The notes below the pieces were generated by a model, which was not told the origin of the DNA, did not search any database, and saw nothing but the letters and a program-made list of their open reading frames with translations. A program made the translations under genes and the position numbers. A DNA stretch of 64,000 nucleotides from Mayamaea pseudoterrestris (lineage: Eukaryota), in assembly GCA_027923505.1 (NCBI GenBank), contig BROI01000009.1, positions 310,001 through 374,000 on the forward strand. Reading direction: 5' to 3'. This document shows, one piece after another, positions 1 to 10,263 of the stretch. The stretch's first letter is position 1; each line of letters opens with the position of its first letter.

Positions 1-187
1 CAATGAAGGGTACTACTGGTAGATATAAATATATACCTGTATGTCTGTTTCATCTACGGTAGCTCTTGTCCCAAGAATACTTCCCTTCGCTATGTATGAT
101 ATGTATGTACGCTACGAAACTGATCAAATACTGTAATGAAAGGCAGCGCATGCAATCGAGCCACTGGGCCAATAAATTTGATATCTT

Positions 188-422
188 TCAAAGTTTTTGA
201 CAGCACTCTTTGTGCCACAGTCGACGTCCGTTGAGTATCAAAGTTTTTGGCACTACTGTTTGAGCCACAGTCGGCGTGCGTTGAAAATCAAAGTTTTTGG
301 CCCTACTGTTGGAGCGACAGTCGACGTACGTTGAGAATCAAAGTTTTTGGCACTACTGTTTGGGTCACAGTCGACGTACGTTGAAAATCAAAGGTTTTGG
401 CACTACTGTTTGAGCCACAGTC
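188..422. repeat. 50-bp tandem repeat, ~4.7 copies (consensus TCAAAGTTTTTGGCACTACTGTTTGAGCCACAGTCGACGTACGTTGAAAA)
   Basis: Units start at 188, 238, 288, 338 and 388 with exact 50-nt periodicity. They differ only by substitutions, and copy 1 is the most diverged. Confidence 0.95.
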
Positions 423-535
423 AAACTCGACTACGTGATATCCATGACCAAGGAAATGAATAATCTCGCGGACACCATCCGTTTCCCATCCACTGTCAGT
501 GTCTTTTCGACGGAGCTGCACTCCTTCGTTCATTC

Positions 536-2125
536 ATGTTATCTACCCTACTTATTTTGCTCTGCTCTTTCATTACATCGCAAATCGTTTCCAGCTCAGT
601 GAACAACACTTGTCAAATGCAGACTAATGCTGAGCTTTTCCTTGACGCCGCCAAGGGCTTCCCAGATGACGGGCTCCAAAATCATCGCAAGTACGACCAT
701 CCGCTCGTCGAGCGCTACGCTACCAAGGAAATGTCTTTGATCTGGTCGCCGGCAATGAAGTTTACGACGTGGCGAAAGCTTTGGACTGCTCTGGCCACCG
801 CTGAGCAGGAACTTGGGGTTGATATCAGTGACGAGCAGTTGGAAGTCATGCGAAGCAAGATTTATCACATAGACTGGGAGCTGGCCGAAAAGAAGGAGGC
901 AGAGTTTCGTCACGATGTCATGGGACATGTCCACGAGTTTGGAACTACCGACGGCAAGGATAATGTCGCCATGCCGGTCATACATTTGGGTGCAACTTCG
1001 TGCTACGTTGGCGACAATACCGACATTATTCAGCTACGCATGGCACTGGAATTAGTTCAGAGGAAAATTGTCAAGGTCATTTACACGCTTAAACAATTCG
1101 CCGTCAAGTTTAAGGACATGCCGACGCTGGGATTTACGCACTTTCAGCCGGCGCAGTTGACTACAGTTGGTAAGCGAGCGACGCTTTGGATGCAGGACCT
1201 ATTGATGGACTTGGAGCGGGTCACGCAGGAAATTGAAACGCTTCCCATGCGTGGCGTCAAGGGAACGACTGGAACGCAGGCATCATTCCTCGACCTGTTT
1301 GATGGTGATCATGAAAAAGTCAAGCTGTTGAATAAGCGAGTCTGCGCGCTCATGGGCTTTGACCGAGCGATTGCTGTCTCGGGTCAAACCTATACTCGCA
1401 AGATCGACTTTTATATTTTGAGCGTTCTCAGTGGTATTGCACAAAGTGCGTACAAGATGTGCGCCGATATTCGATTGCTAGCGAACCTCAAGGAAGTCGA
1501 GGAACCATTTGCCAAAACGCAGATTGGCAGTAGCGCCATGGCCTACAAGCGCAACCCCATGCGATCGGAGCGTGTGTGCTCATTGGCGCGCTACGTTATG
1601 GGCTTGCCCGATGGTGCAGGACACACACATGCGAACCAGTGGTTTGAACGTACACTGGACGACTCGGCGATTCGACGCATCATTTTGCCCGAAGGTTTTT
1701 TAGCGGTGGACGTCATCTTGGGACTCTTGGAGAACATTAGTGATGGCCTGCATGTGTGGCCAGAAGTCGTTCGTTCGCACGTCATGGCGGAGCTTCCGTT
1801 TATGGCGACAGAAAACATTTTGATGGAGTGTGTTAAGGCGGGAGGCGATCGCCAAGAGCTGCATGAACTTATCCGACAACATTCCATGGAAGCTGGTGCG
1901 GTCGTCAAGGGCCAAGGCAAGCCTAATGATTTGCTGGATCGCATTAACAGAGACCCGGCATTCAAGGCTATTCATGATAGACTTGAAACAATGGTGGATC
2001 CTCATCGTTTCATTGGTCGGGCACCGGAGCAAGTAGATGAGTTTGTCGCGGAAGAAGTTGACCGAATCCTTGAGCGGCACGCGAACCTTTTGACGATTGC
2101 AAATGTTGACGACGTTAATGTGTAG
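536..2125 (+). CDS. ADSL: Adenylosuccinate lyase (eukaryotic ADE13/ADSL type)
   Basis: Contains RHDVMGHV, HLGATSCYVGDN, GFTHFQPAQLTTVGKR, the fumarase-superfamily signature GSSAMAYKRNPMRSE, and QWFERTLDDSA. Alternative start at ATG 617. Confidence 0.97.
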   Translation: MLSTLLILLCSFITSQIVSSSVNNTCQMQTNAELFLDAAKGFPDDGLQNHRKYDHPLVERYATKEMSLIWSPAMKFTTWRKLWTALATAEQELGVDISDEQLEVMRSKIYHIDWELAEKKEAEFRHDVMGHVHEFGTTDGKDNVAMPVIHLGATSCYVGDNTDIIQLRMALELVQRKIVKVIYTLKQFAVKFKDMPTLGFTHFQPAQLTTVGKRATLWMQDLLMDLERVTQEIETLPMRGVKGTTGTQASFLDLFDGDHEKVKLLNKRVCALMGFDRAIAVSGQTYTRKIDFYILSVLSGIAQSAYKMCADIRLLANLKEVEEPFAKTQIGSSAMAYKRNPMRSERVCSLARYVMGLPDGAGHTHANQWFERTLDDSAIRRIILPEGFLAVDVILGLLENISDGLHVWPEVVRSHVMAELPFMATENILMECVKAGGDRQELHELIRQHSMEAGAVVKGQGKPNDLLDRINRDPAFKAIHDRLETMVDPHRFIGRAPEQVDEFVAEEVDRILERHANLLTIANVDDVNV

Positions 2126-2214
2126 TGGCTTTTGCTATCTTGTTTGTTTATCTACAGAGATCCTCCGTTCTCCGTTCTCTATTAGAAGATTGAAGTTGTT
2201 AAACAGCTTTACAT

Positions 2215-2682
2215 TTAGTTGAAACATTTATCGTCATCAGTTTCATCTCGCGAGCCCCTCAGCAATTGTATCTGGACAGAAAGCTCCTGTGAAGTGATCA
2301 GGCCATCCGCCCTTAGTACCACCTCCTTCTCTCTTATCAAAATAGTACAAGGGAGCTTTCCTATGTCGAACTTTGATCCGAGTCTCGGAAATTGATTCAT
2401 GTCAATGCGCAGCATTCGAAGTGATTGATCAAGTTGAGCAAGACTCTCCAATTCTTGCGCCTGTATCTTGCATGGACCACAATAACCAGAGGTAAAAGCT
2501 AGTAAAACCATTTCATGCTTCTCGAACGACTCTATCATCTCCTCTAGGTTCTTGAATGTGACATGCTGCCGTCTCGCTCCAAGAGAGGAACGAATCGGAG
2601 CCTTGTGAAAGGCCTTGCTTCTAAAGGCGCTGACAGATGAGTATACATTGTATGTAGCACAAAGTCTCGCTAGGAGGTTCAT
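2215..2682 (-). CDS. Thioredoxin, probably plastid-targeted
   Basis: Active site YCGPC and downstream FDIGKLPCTIL (cis-Pro motif). Starting from ATG 2682, the leader ends in VSA-F. The ORF extends to 2739. Confidence 0.85.
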   Translation of the reverse strand: MNLLARLCATYNVYSSVSAFRSKAFHKAPIRSSLGARRQHVTFKNLEEMIESFEKHEMVLLAFTSGYCGPCKIQAQELESLAQLDQSLRMLRIDMNQFPRLGSKFDIGKLPCTILIREKEVVLRADGLITSQELSVQIQLLRGSRDETDDDKCFN

Positions 2683-2967
2683 TTTCACATAGGCAAAAGC
2701 GCTGTTGGTAATTGGCTCTGTAAGAAAGCGACTCGTCATTCATTGCGTTGACGTTCGTCAAAGGGTCGCAGTGATTCGCTTCGAGAAGCTCAATGGCCTT
2801 GCGACAGGCTTCCACGACGTCGATCGACCCATCATCGACGCTGCACCTTCGTACCGGTAACTGTAGTAGCGTTTGAACCTACATTCGTGCTTCGTGATAG
2901 TTGCAATGTAGTACTGGCCAAAAATATAAAGTAATATAAAGGTTTACAGGTATTGGTACATAAATAA

Positions 2968-3804
2968 TCACGAAGCATGCGATGAAGACCGTGAGCGATG
3001 CTTCTTGCGAAAAGGTGAGGGACCGTGTCGACATTCACCGTCAGCCCCAATCCTTCGACTTTCTTTTCGATCGTTCTTTCTTTGCTTCCTATTGCTCTTT
3101 CCATCTAACTTGTCAACATGTCGTCGCCTTCGCTCCTCTTTTCGCAGGCGTTTGGCTACTTCTTCGCCGCCATCAAGACTACCGTCGGCCTTTACTTCTG
3201 CTTTGAACAAGTCTTGGCCACGTTGCAAAGAGAATTCGTTTTTTAAATCCATTTCATGGTATGCATGCCCCGGAGCAGTGGAGACTGGTGCAGCGTCTTC
3301 CTTTGACTGTAAATGCTTGGGCAAGCGATACTTTTCAACGTGATCCACGCGAAGCGATCGTCCACAAACATCGGCTCCAACCAAGTTATCAATGGCCAAA
3401 ACACAAGATCTCGCATCTTCGTACTTTAAAAAACAGAAGCCTTTGCTTTTGCCAGTAGCTTCGTCCCGAGCCATGTTTATGTCGTCAATTTCGCCAAATT
3501 GGCTCATGACGCAAATCACATCACCTTCCGTCAAGGAGTGATCAAGATTTCCAACATGAACCCAAGCAGATTGGAGATACTTTTGATGCCAAGACGCCTG
3601 CAATTAGAATCGAAAGACCTTTGTAAGATTCTCATCCGTGATCTGTAAGCTTTCACCAAGAAGATGCACCTTTCGTTGCTGGCTTGCGTTCGCTGACTTC
3701 TGCCTTGCTGTCATCACAAACAATACGCTACTCACCGAAGTTCCCGCCAATCCTCGCTCGAGCTCTTGTTCGTTTATTTTTTGTATCTCTCGAATGTTGT
3801 TCAT
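2968..3804 (-). CDS. RBMX2: RRM splicing factor RBMX2/Ist3/Snu17 (RES complex); 2 exons, intron 3598-3735
   Basis: The spliced product MNNIREIQKINEQELERGLAGTS|ASWHQKYLQSAWVHVGNL...TEGDVICVMSQFGE...KSKGFCFLKYEDARSCVLAIDNL...LRVDHV matches the family. The GTGAG...TTGCAG intron restores the frame. Confidence 0.93.
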
Positions 3805-4094
3805 GCTTTTGCTGTTGCTTACTTCGGAATCCACGCAGCTACCGGTAGTAGAATAGCAAGAGTGGAACGAAAAAGTGTGGATGACGCAAAATCCGTCGTC
3901 TCACCGCGACGTTTCTGATGTGTCGGAGCGGTTCTTGTGTGGAAGAATCATACCGGTATTAATATTGAATCGATTTCACAATCGCATGGGATCGACGCGA
4001 AGCCACAGCAGCTTCCATCGATCGTCAGACTGGAACCATCATCATTCAACTGTTTGCTTTGGTGCATATTCCAGTTGGTTCTACATCGAGTAGA

Positions 4095-5597
4095 ATGACG
4101 CCATTGTTGTATGGTCTAGAATCTAGCAAGACAACTATCGAGGAAATTAGTCATGCTCAAATTCATCGCGTGTTACTCGAAGGAGGTGTCCAACCAGTCC
4201 GAGCGACGCCTTCGTTTCAAGACTTTGCCGAGTCACTTGATCTTCGCCAGCCTCTGAAATTCATATCTAACATTTCAGCCGATTTGCAACCTTGTTCATC
4301 CTCTGGGTGCTTGATTGTCACATGCATTATTCAATCTGCCTACAGAGACTCTCTCTGCGTTGCTATGAAGGAACATCGGTCGCTGGACCCGGCAAAGAGT
4401 CTTCTCATTAGTCTACATGACAAGATTCGTTCCCTTATACCGAGTCGCATTGATCTTCACGATCAGCTTTCGGATCATATTCGCGAACGCAAAAAGAAGG
4501 GCGTTCTCATTCGGATTATCACAGCCGCGCAGGCACTTGAGCAACTTGAGAGCGAAGCGCGTGCGGAAACGACGAATGCATGGATTTCAGTCGCACATAA
4601 ATTGGTTGATGAAGGGCTCGACTCGAGCATGACGGAAATCACTGAGGAAGGTCGGGGATTGGATATTTCTGATTCTTTTCTGATTACTAGCGTCATGTAC
4701 CTCTTGCTCAAGGCTGAATTGTGCGAGCAAGATAAGCAAGAATTTTACCTCGCTCGACAGGCCAAATACATCCTTGATCATGGACTGGATATGGAGAGGA
4801 GTCATTTCATCGGACGATTCGGTGAGCTGTCCATCGCTTCTGCGCCTGATACTCGTAAATGGATTGAAACCGTTGTCAAAAGGGCAACTCCTGATATCAA
4901 GGCAAAATTGAAGAATTCGAGCGCTGCTCGACACGACTTGGTGTACAGTAGCTGGATTAGTGACCTTTTGTTTGCGGATGAACAACTCAATTTACCCGAA
5001 GTGTTTGCGCTTGATTTGAACGGATTGAAAGGAATCCGAGAGGTCACTCGAATAGCCGCTGCTGGATCGGCCTTAGCTTTGCACGCCTGCAACGCCGCTG
5101 GCAAGTCCGCGTCCATTTTAGAAGAGCCTGATGACGATGCCGTCTATCGATGTCGGGCTGCCATGGTATTAGTGATGAACGAACGACATGGAAAAAGTCA
5201 AATAGAATATGAATCGATTGTTTCGGCACACGTGGTGGCCTTGGCCAAGGTTTGGAATCCGATGTTGGACTCTTCGGCTGTAAACATGCTTCGTAGTCGC
5301 ACGCTTAAGGTTTTGCGAGGAGAAGATGCTGTGATTCGCGTGCTCGAGGGAAGAGTCAGCACTGCGTTTGGTGAGATTGTGATCCAAGAAAGCAGGGAGC
5401 AGTTGGCAACTATTACGAAAACAGGCAGAAACGACACTCTTGCTTCTATCGAAGCCACATTTAGCAAGTATGGCATGGTCTTTTATGCCTCTGATCTTGC
5501 ATTGGCGGCTTCTACGGCATACAAGATTGTCGACTTATGCTGGCGGGTTTTCGCGGCCCAGCTTCTCGAGCCTATGATACTGCAAGTGCTCGAGTAA
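4095..5597 (+). CDS. T-complex protein 11 (Tcp11/SOK1)-like helical protein
   Basis: Long ORF. IIQSAYRDSL and LNLPEVFALDLNGL resemble the Tcp11 motifs 'KAFWD' and 'PETL.LD..RL'. The family call is tentative. Confidence 0.55.
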   Translation: MTPLLYGLESSKTTIEEISHAQIHRVLLEGGVQPVRATPSFQDFAESLDLRQPLKFISNISADLQPCSSSGCLIVTCIIQSAYRDSLCVAMKEHRSLDPAKSLLISLHDKIRSLIPSRIDLHDQLSDHIRERKKKGVLIRIITAAQALEQLESEARAETTNAWISVAHKLVDEGLDSSMTEITEEGRGLDISDSFLITSVMYLLLKAELCEQDKQEFYLARQAKYILDHGLDMERSHFIGRFGELSIASAPDTRKWIETVVKRATPDIKAKLKNSSAARHDLVYSSWISDLLFADEQLNLPEVFALDLNGLKGIREVTRIAAAGSALALHACNAAGKSASILEEPDDDAVYRCRAAMVLVMNERHGKSQIEYESIVSAHVVALAKVWNPMLDSSAVNMLRSRTLKVLRGEDAVIRVLEGRVSTAFGEIVIQESREQLATITKTGRNDTLASIEATFSKYGMVFYASDLALAASTAYKIVDLCWRVFAAQLLEPMILQVLE

Positions 5598-5650
5598 TGA
5601 TCACGTGCATGCACGACCTTTAATGTATGTTTAAATCAATATTATCGCTT

Positions 5651-6460
5651 TCAATGAATATCAAAGCATTCTATAACCACTTGAGCTTGTCTAGTATTAA
5701 GCTTGAGGACACTCGTCCCAGCCGGTACGTCTCGTAGTAAGTCAAAAGAGAGCGACCGCAACCTTTCATGCCAACTGGGTAGCAACGATTTCTTGTCCGC
5801 ATAAGATGCGCAAGAGAGAGTTGCTGAACCCGTCGCAGGTATCTTGCAAATGAACAAAGCTGCATACGTTGCTTGCTCATCGGTCGATCTCTTTGACACA
5901 GAATTTGCATGTACATAGCCAAGAGCTTGGCCGCTCCCATTGCTTGGAACTAATACAACATCACCCTCTGCCCAATCTAATGGCTGTCGGGATTCCTCTT
6001 CCTGCTGCGAACCAACAATTCCTACGGGTCCAATCGATTGAAGAATTCCAGGTAGTCGTTTTACGTAAATAAATCGATGACTTGACCCAAACTCAAGCAT
6101 CGGCTCAGCCTGCAATGGTAGCGTCCATTCCCAGAGTGAGACATCTTCCTGACGTTTCAAGAGTCGACGATCTTGGTTGCGCTGCAATGGGCGTTTACTC
6201 TTGTGCACCTCAAGAGCCTTGGCAATGGGCAGAGGAACATCCTCTTTGGTAATTATACCGCACGCACCGCAGTCACAGATTCCAAGCATTGGTGAGTTTG
6301 ACGCAAAAGTCATGGATGTCAAGAAGATGCTGTTGGACTGTACGTCAACTTCCGAATATCTTTCATCAATCGATATCATCGTTGGTTGTACCGATAAGTC
6401 GCTCTTCGTCGCGTCAGCTTCTCTCTGAGACAGGTCATAATCGGTGTTTGTGGCGCTCAT
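5651..6460 (-). CDS. Hypothetical protein (269 aa)
   Basis: ATG-initiated open frame that converges on the Tcp11-like gene. It has a CDCGAC motif but no family was recognised. Confidence 0.6.
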   Translation of the reverse strand: MSATNTDYDLSQREADATKSDLSVQPTMISIDERYSEVDVQSNSIFLTSMTFASNSPMLGICDCGACGIITKEDVPLPIAKALEVHKSKRPLQRNQDRRLLKRQEDVSLWEWTLPLQAEPMLEFGSSHRFIYVKRLPGILQSIGPVGIVGSQQEEESRQPLDWAEGDVVLVPSNGSGQALGYVHANSVSKRSTDEQATYAALFICKIPATGSATLSCASYADKKSLLPSWHERLRSLSFDLLRDVPAGTSVLKLNTRQAQVVIECFDIH

Positions 6461-7044
6461 AGTTTAATCAATGACTTCAACAAAGTTGTGTATACACGCT
6501 GTATTCTGTGTTGCACTTGAGGGATGATGGCCAAAACTGGTCGCAACACCCACGACTTCGATGGCGCCGAGGCACCGGGTCTGACTCGATTGCCTACAGA
6601 CCGTATCATATGCAGTACAGTAGCTAACCACATGGTTGTTATGTTGTTCTTTCGTTTGACTCTGCCATATATCGGCAGGGATAAGATCGACTGGATCAAC
6701 GGTGGCACAAGTCCATTCGGCTTGGCGGATTACAAGTTGGTCAAATTATATGCCTTTTCAACATCTATAGGGACTACCGATGTAAACATGTCCCGCGGCA
6801 TTGGATCAACTGATTGCATTAAAGCTTGCGGCATTGGCGTAGGCGCCTACTAGTCTGTTATGAGCTGAAATATGTGGCCATGGCTTTTAAACCTGGCGCC
6901 TACTGTATTGGAAGAGTACCACGAATGGGTGCTTTTCCAATTTTGCTCCTATCACGAATAAGTTCAAACTATTGAGAGATCATCATGCATAAGTTTCGTT
7001 CATATTGAAGCATACGCCAGAAATAACAATAATTGCCATCGCTA

Positions 7045-9941
7045 TCAGATCAAGCCTGAGCTGCTCACATTCCCAGTGCTAACAACCTTCAAAAACGGAT
7101 ACGTCCGTGACATGCGGGAAAGAATGAGAAGTTGCTGCTGCACGCTGACGGGCCCTCGCTCACCTGCTAATTCGGCAAGGTCCTCTGACATGCTTCGAAT
7201 TGTTTCCGATCGAAAGCGGCGTCGCTCTTTCCAAAGAATTTGGCGCGCACCATGCAAAAGCAACATCAGCATGCCAAGGTCGTCGGGATTAAGCACCGTC
7301 GACGACAGTGGCAAGTGCTTATATTCTCGTTTCTGCCGCTCAGGGAGAGGAGGCGGTTGGGGTGGATTGTCGCGCATGACGAGAAGTCGCTCGACGTCTG
7401 TCAAAATGCTGCGCAGTGCAGCGTATGTGTCTTCGCGGCTCTTTCCTATCTTAAGCAATGCGAAGTATAAAAAATGGAAAACCCGAGAAAAGGCATAGAC
7501 GAGCATGGCGACGGGTGTAACAGCGGCAACATTCATGTTAATGTCGTTTGCTGCAAACAAAGAACAAATTTAGCGAGACAATATTCCATTGTTGGAGCAA
7601 CGCAACACACGCACACTCTTAGCGCATCCTTACCCGACATCATCTGATCGATTGCCTCAAGGGCGTTTAACATTTCCTTCTTCATGTACTGCATCTCTAT
7701 AAACGACATTTGAATGACCTGTTGTTTGAGAGATAAAAACGCAAATTGAGACAGGAACTGATATATGGACGGGTGGGTCGCTACCGAACAAGTCGGCTTC
7801 GTTGCATGATACCGGTAGGTATCATCAAGCCTGACTTTCGCACAAACACAACTCTGTATTTACCTTGTTTATTTCGTAAAATGTCTTCATCGACTCAACC
7901 TTTTGTTTTTCAATAAGAGTCACGTCCATTTTGGCGGCAAGTGCATCCCTTTTATCCAACGGCAGGTCCGGATAATTCTCATCTGATCAAGTAGATATAT
8001 ACCACGTCAAAAAGAAAAAGTGCTTCGAGTACCCAATGTAAATAGCAACGTACCTAACCAGTTCCGAATCATCTTCTTCAAGCTTTCAATCGCCTCTAAA
8101 CGAGCTTCGCGATCCGAGAATGGCGCTCTGCCTTTCCAAAGTTCTTGAATTATGGCGGCAATGGGCTCCTGTATTCGTTCGCGGCAAAAATGTCTTACTT
8201 TCTGTGTCAGCTGCCGGTACGTTGCTTTGGCATTGTTGTTCCGCAGAAGCTGATAACCCAAATAGCTAATAACCGGACCGGCACTAGCCATTACGAACCA
8301 GTTTCTTCGAATCCAGGAAGGTGGCTGGAGCTTGTCTAGTCGTCGTCGTCGTTGCATGTTCATAATAGGCTCCATTACCTCCACAAGCTCCGATACCTCT
8401 ACAATCATTGCCGGCAGGTCGATAACGATAACCTCGGTGTGTTCGTCATTAGGACCCTCCGTAAGTCCAACCGGCGATGTCGTCACACTCGCCCAGCAAG
8501 GAATCGCAGATGATTTAGCAGCTGGAACAAAGAAATCTTCCCTGTCATGAGAAGAGGAGCTTGTCCAGTGGTTATCATAAGGCAGATGTTCTGCTCCACC
8601 CATGGACCGAGATAATTGCTGACGCACCAGCTTGATACCTATAACTGACCACTCCGAAAGAAATGCAGGGTCGTCAACAACAAGACCACCTCCAGCAAAC
8701 TTTTGCACAAATATATTCGCTTCAGAATGTCCACTAAAAATACTTTCAATGGTTGGCGGCAGCGCTTGCCGACCGGACGTTTCGGCTATTGCAAATTCAT
8801 CCTTGGACGCCTTTGTCTTTTGGGACACCGTCACGTCAACGTTTGAAAGGGTCCTTGTACGAGAGCGGCCTGCATCTTGATGTTTCTCGGCGTCGGCTGT
8901 AAAACCATCGAACCCAGAGACAGCCGCCCACTGTCCGCCATCGCCTAGTACGCCCCACTGAGCAACACCCTTGTGCCACCCAGCACGTAAGAGATGAGTT
9001 TGCAGCTCTCCAATACTGGCACATCGACGAGCTAAGATAGCTTGAATTTGAGCAACTTTGCGACCCACTGCCTGATGGTTGTAGCCACCAGGTCGCATCC
9101 AAACTCCTGGCCCGGCTTCCAGCCAGCTAAGCAATGGCCGCTCCCACCGCTCACTCCAAAATCTCAGTGAATTATGAAGCTCGACAGCTTCATCCAATGC
9201 CAAGTCACGCAGTGCTCGTACCGTACCTTCTGCAATTTGAGACGCTGTCTCTGCCGAGGACACAAATGGAGGATGTACGTTTGCCGGCAAGTCGTTGATT
9301 CGATTGTCCTTGTGCGGTGTACATGTTGCGGTCCAACTGTCGTCCATGTCATTATAAGCCTGTACTCCGTCGGCAGAGGTTGAACGGACTAAGTGATAGC
9401 TACTTTGGGGATGTGACATGGTCTGTGGCACTAGAGTCAGCAATGAACGTATCGCAGATACTGACGAGGAGGACTGATGTGAGTGTCGCCCACGCACGTG
9501 CTCGTATGGATTCTTGAACATGATCGCCAACTCCCGCGCCGAAATACTTGAGCTGCGTTTCAAAGCGGATCTTCTCGGAGTCTCGAGATTGGACAATCTA
9601 GCACTATAAAAATCATCCTGCGTCGCCGAGAGATAGGAGTCCCAGTTTCGCTTGGTGGATCGGAAGGACTTGCTGCCAAACAAGTTCACTGAACCGTCCG
9701 TGTACAGCGCGTTAGAGACCATGTCAGCGATAGATGAGTACGCGTCTTCAGCTGCTCCTTTTATTTTATCGTTGGCATACTTCCAGTATGAATCATTCGA
9801 GGCATGGCGAAATACTTCGCTGCTTGTTTCGGCCCTCGAAGCAGTCGAATTCGATGGCTTCATTGATGCATTGACTTGTCTTTTTCCATGCGTCCAATCC
9901 GACACACTTGACACCATATCATGTAGCTTTGTTAATACCAT
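7045..9941 (-). CDS. NCA2 (nuclear control of ATPase 2)-like mitochondrial membrane protein; 4 exons (9941-8054, 7982-7864, 7718-7634, 7550-7045)
   Basis: Three GT-AG introns join the frames into ...VIQMSFIEMQYMKKEMLNALEAIDQMMSANDINMNVAAVTP... GMLMLLLH, which fits the NCA2 C-terminal pattern. PSWIRRNW precedes a TM helix. Confidence 0.78.
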
Positions 9942-10263
9942 GATATATCGTATTTTCGGCTAAGGCAGAAGTATGGTTTCGGCTTCACTGTCAGGTGGAT
10001 ATCGATTGACATCCGTATTGTACCGTAGCAAGGTTTGCCATGTTCATCATGGCTGTCACATATGTGCCGGTACGACTGTTATAAGCAGTCATCTTGAGTC
10101 ACAACGAGTCACTTCAGATTCTCCAAGCAGTCATTTTTTGTCGATGTTCATATTATCATAGTGACCGTGAAAAGATCATGACGAAAGCCCTCGTCAAAGT
10201 GAATCACCTGCTTCACCATGACCAACAATATTATTACGACGGAGGAAAATTGCATTGGCGACG

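Noticed and set aside
188..422. CRISPR-like array or V(D)J RSS-like signals (CACAGT, GTTTTTG)
   Set aside because: The whole 50-bp unit repeats with no unique spacers and no cas genes are present. The heptamer- and nonamer-like words have the wrong orientation and spacing for an RSS.
303..533. 76-aa minus-strand ORF
   Set aside because: It runs through the 50-bp repeat, whose period is not a multiple of 3, and has no protein features.
6524..6853. 109-aa plus-strand ORF in the gap before the NCA2-like gene
   Set aside because: No recognisable motif and no convincing splice model. It could be a small gene or remnant but cannot be supported.
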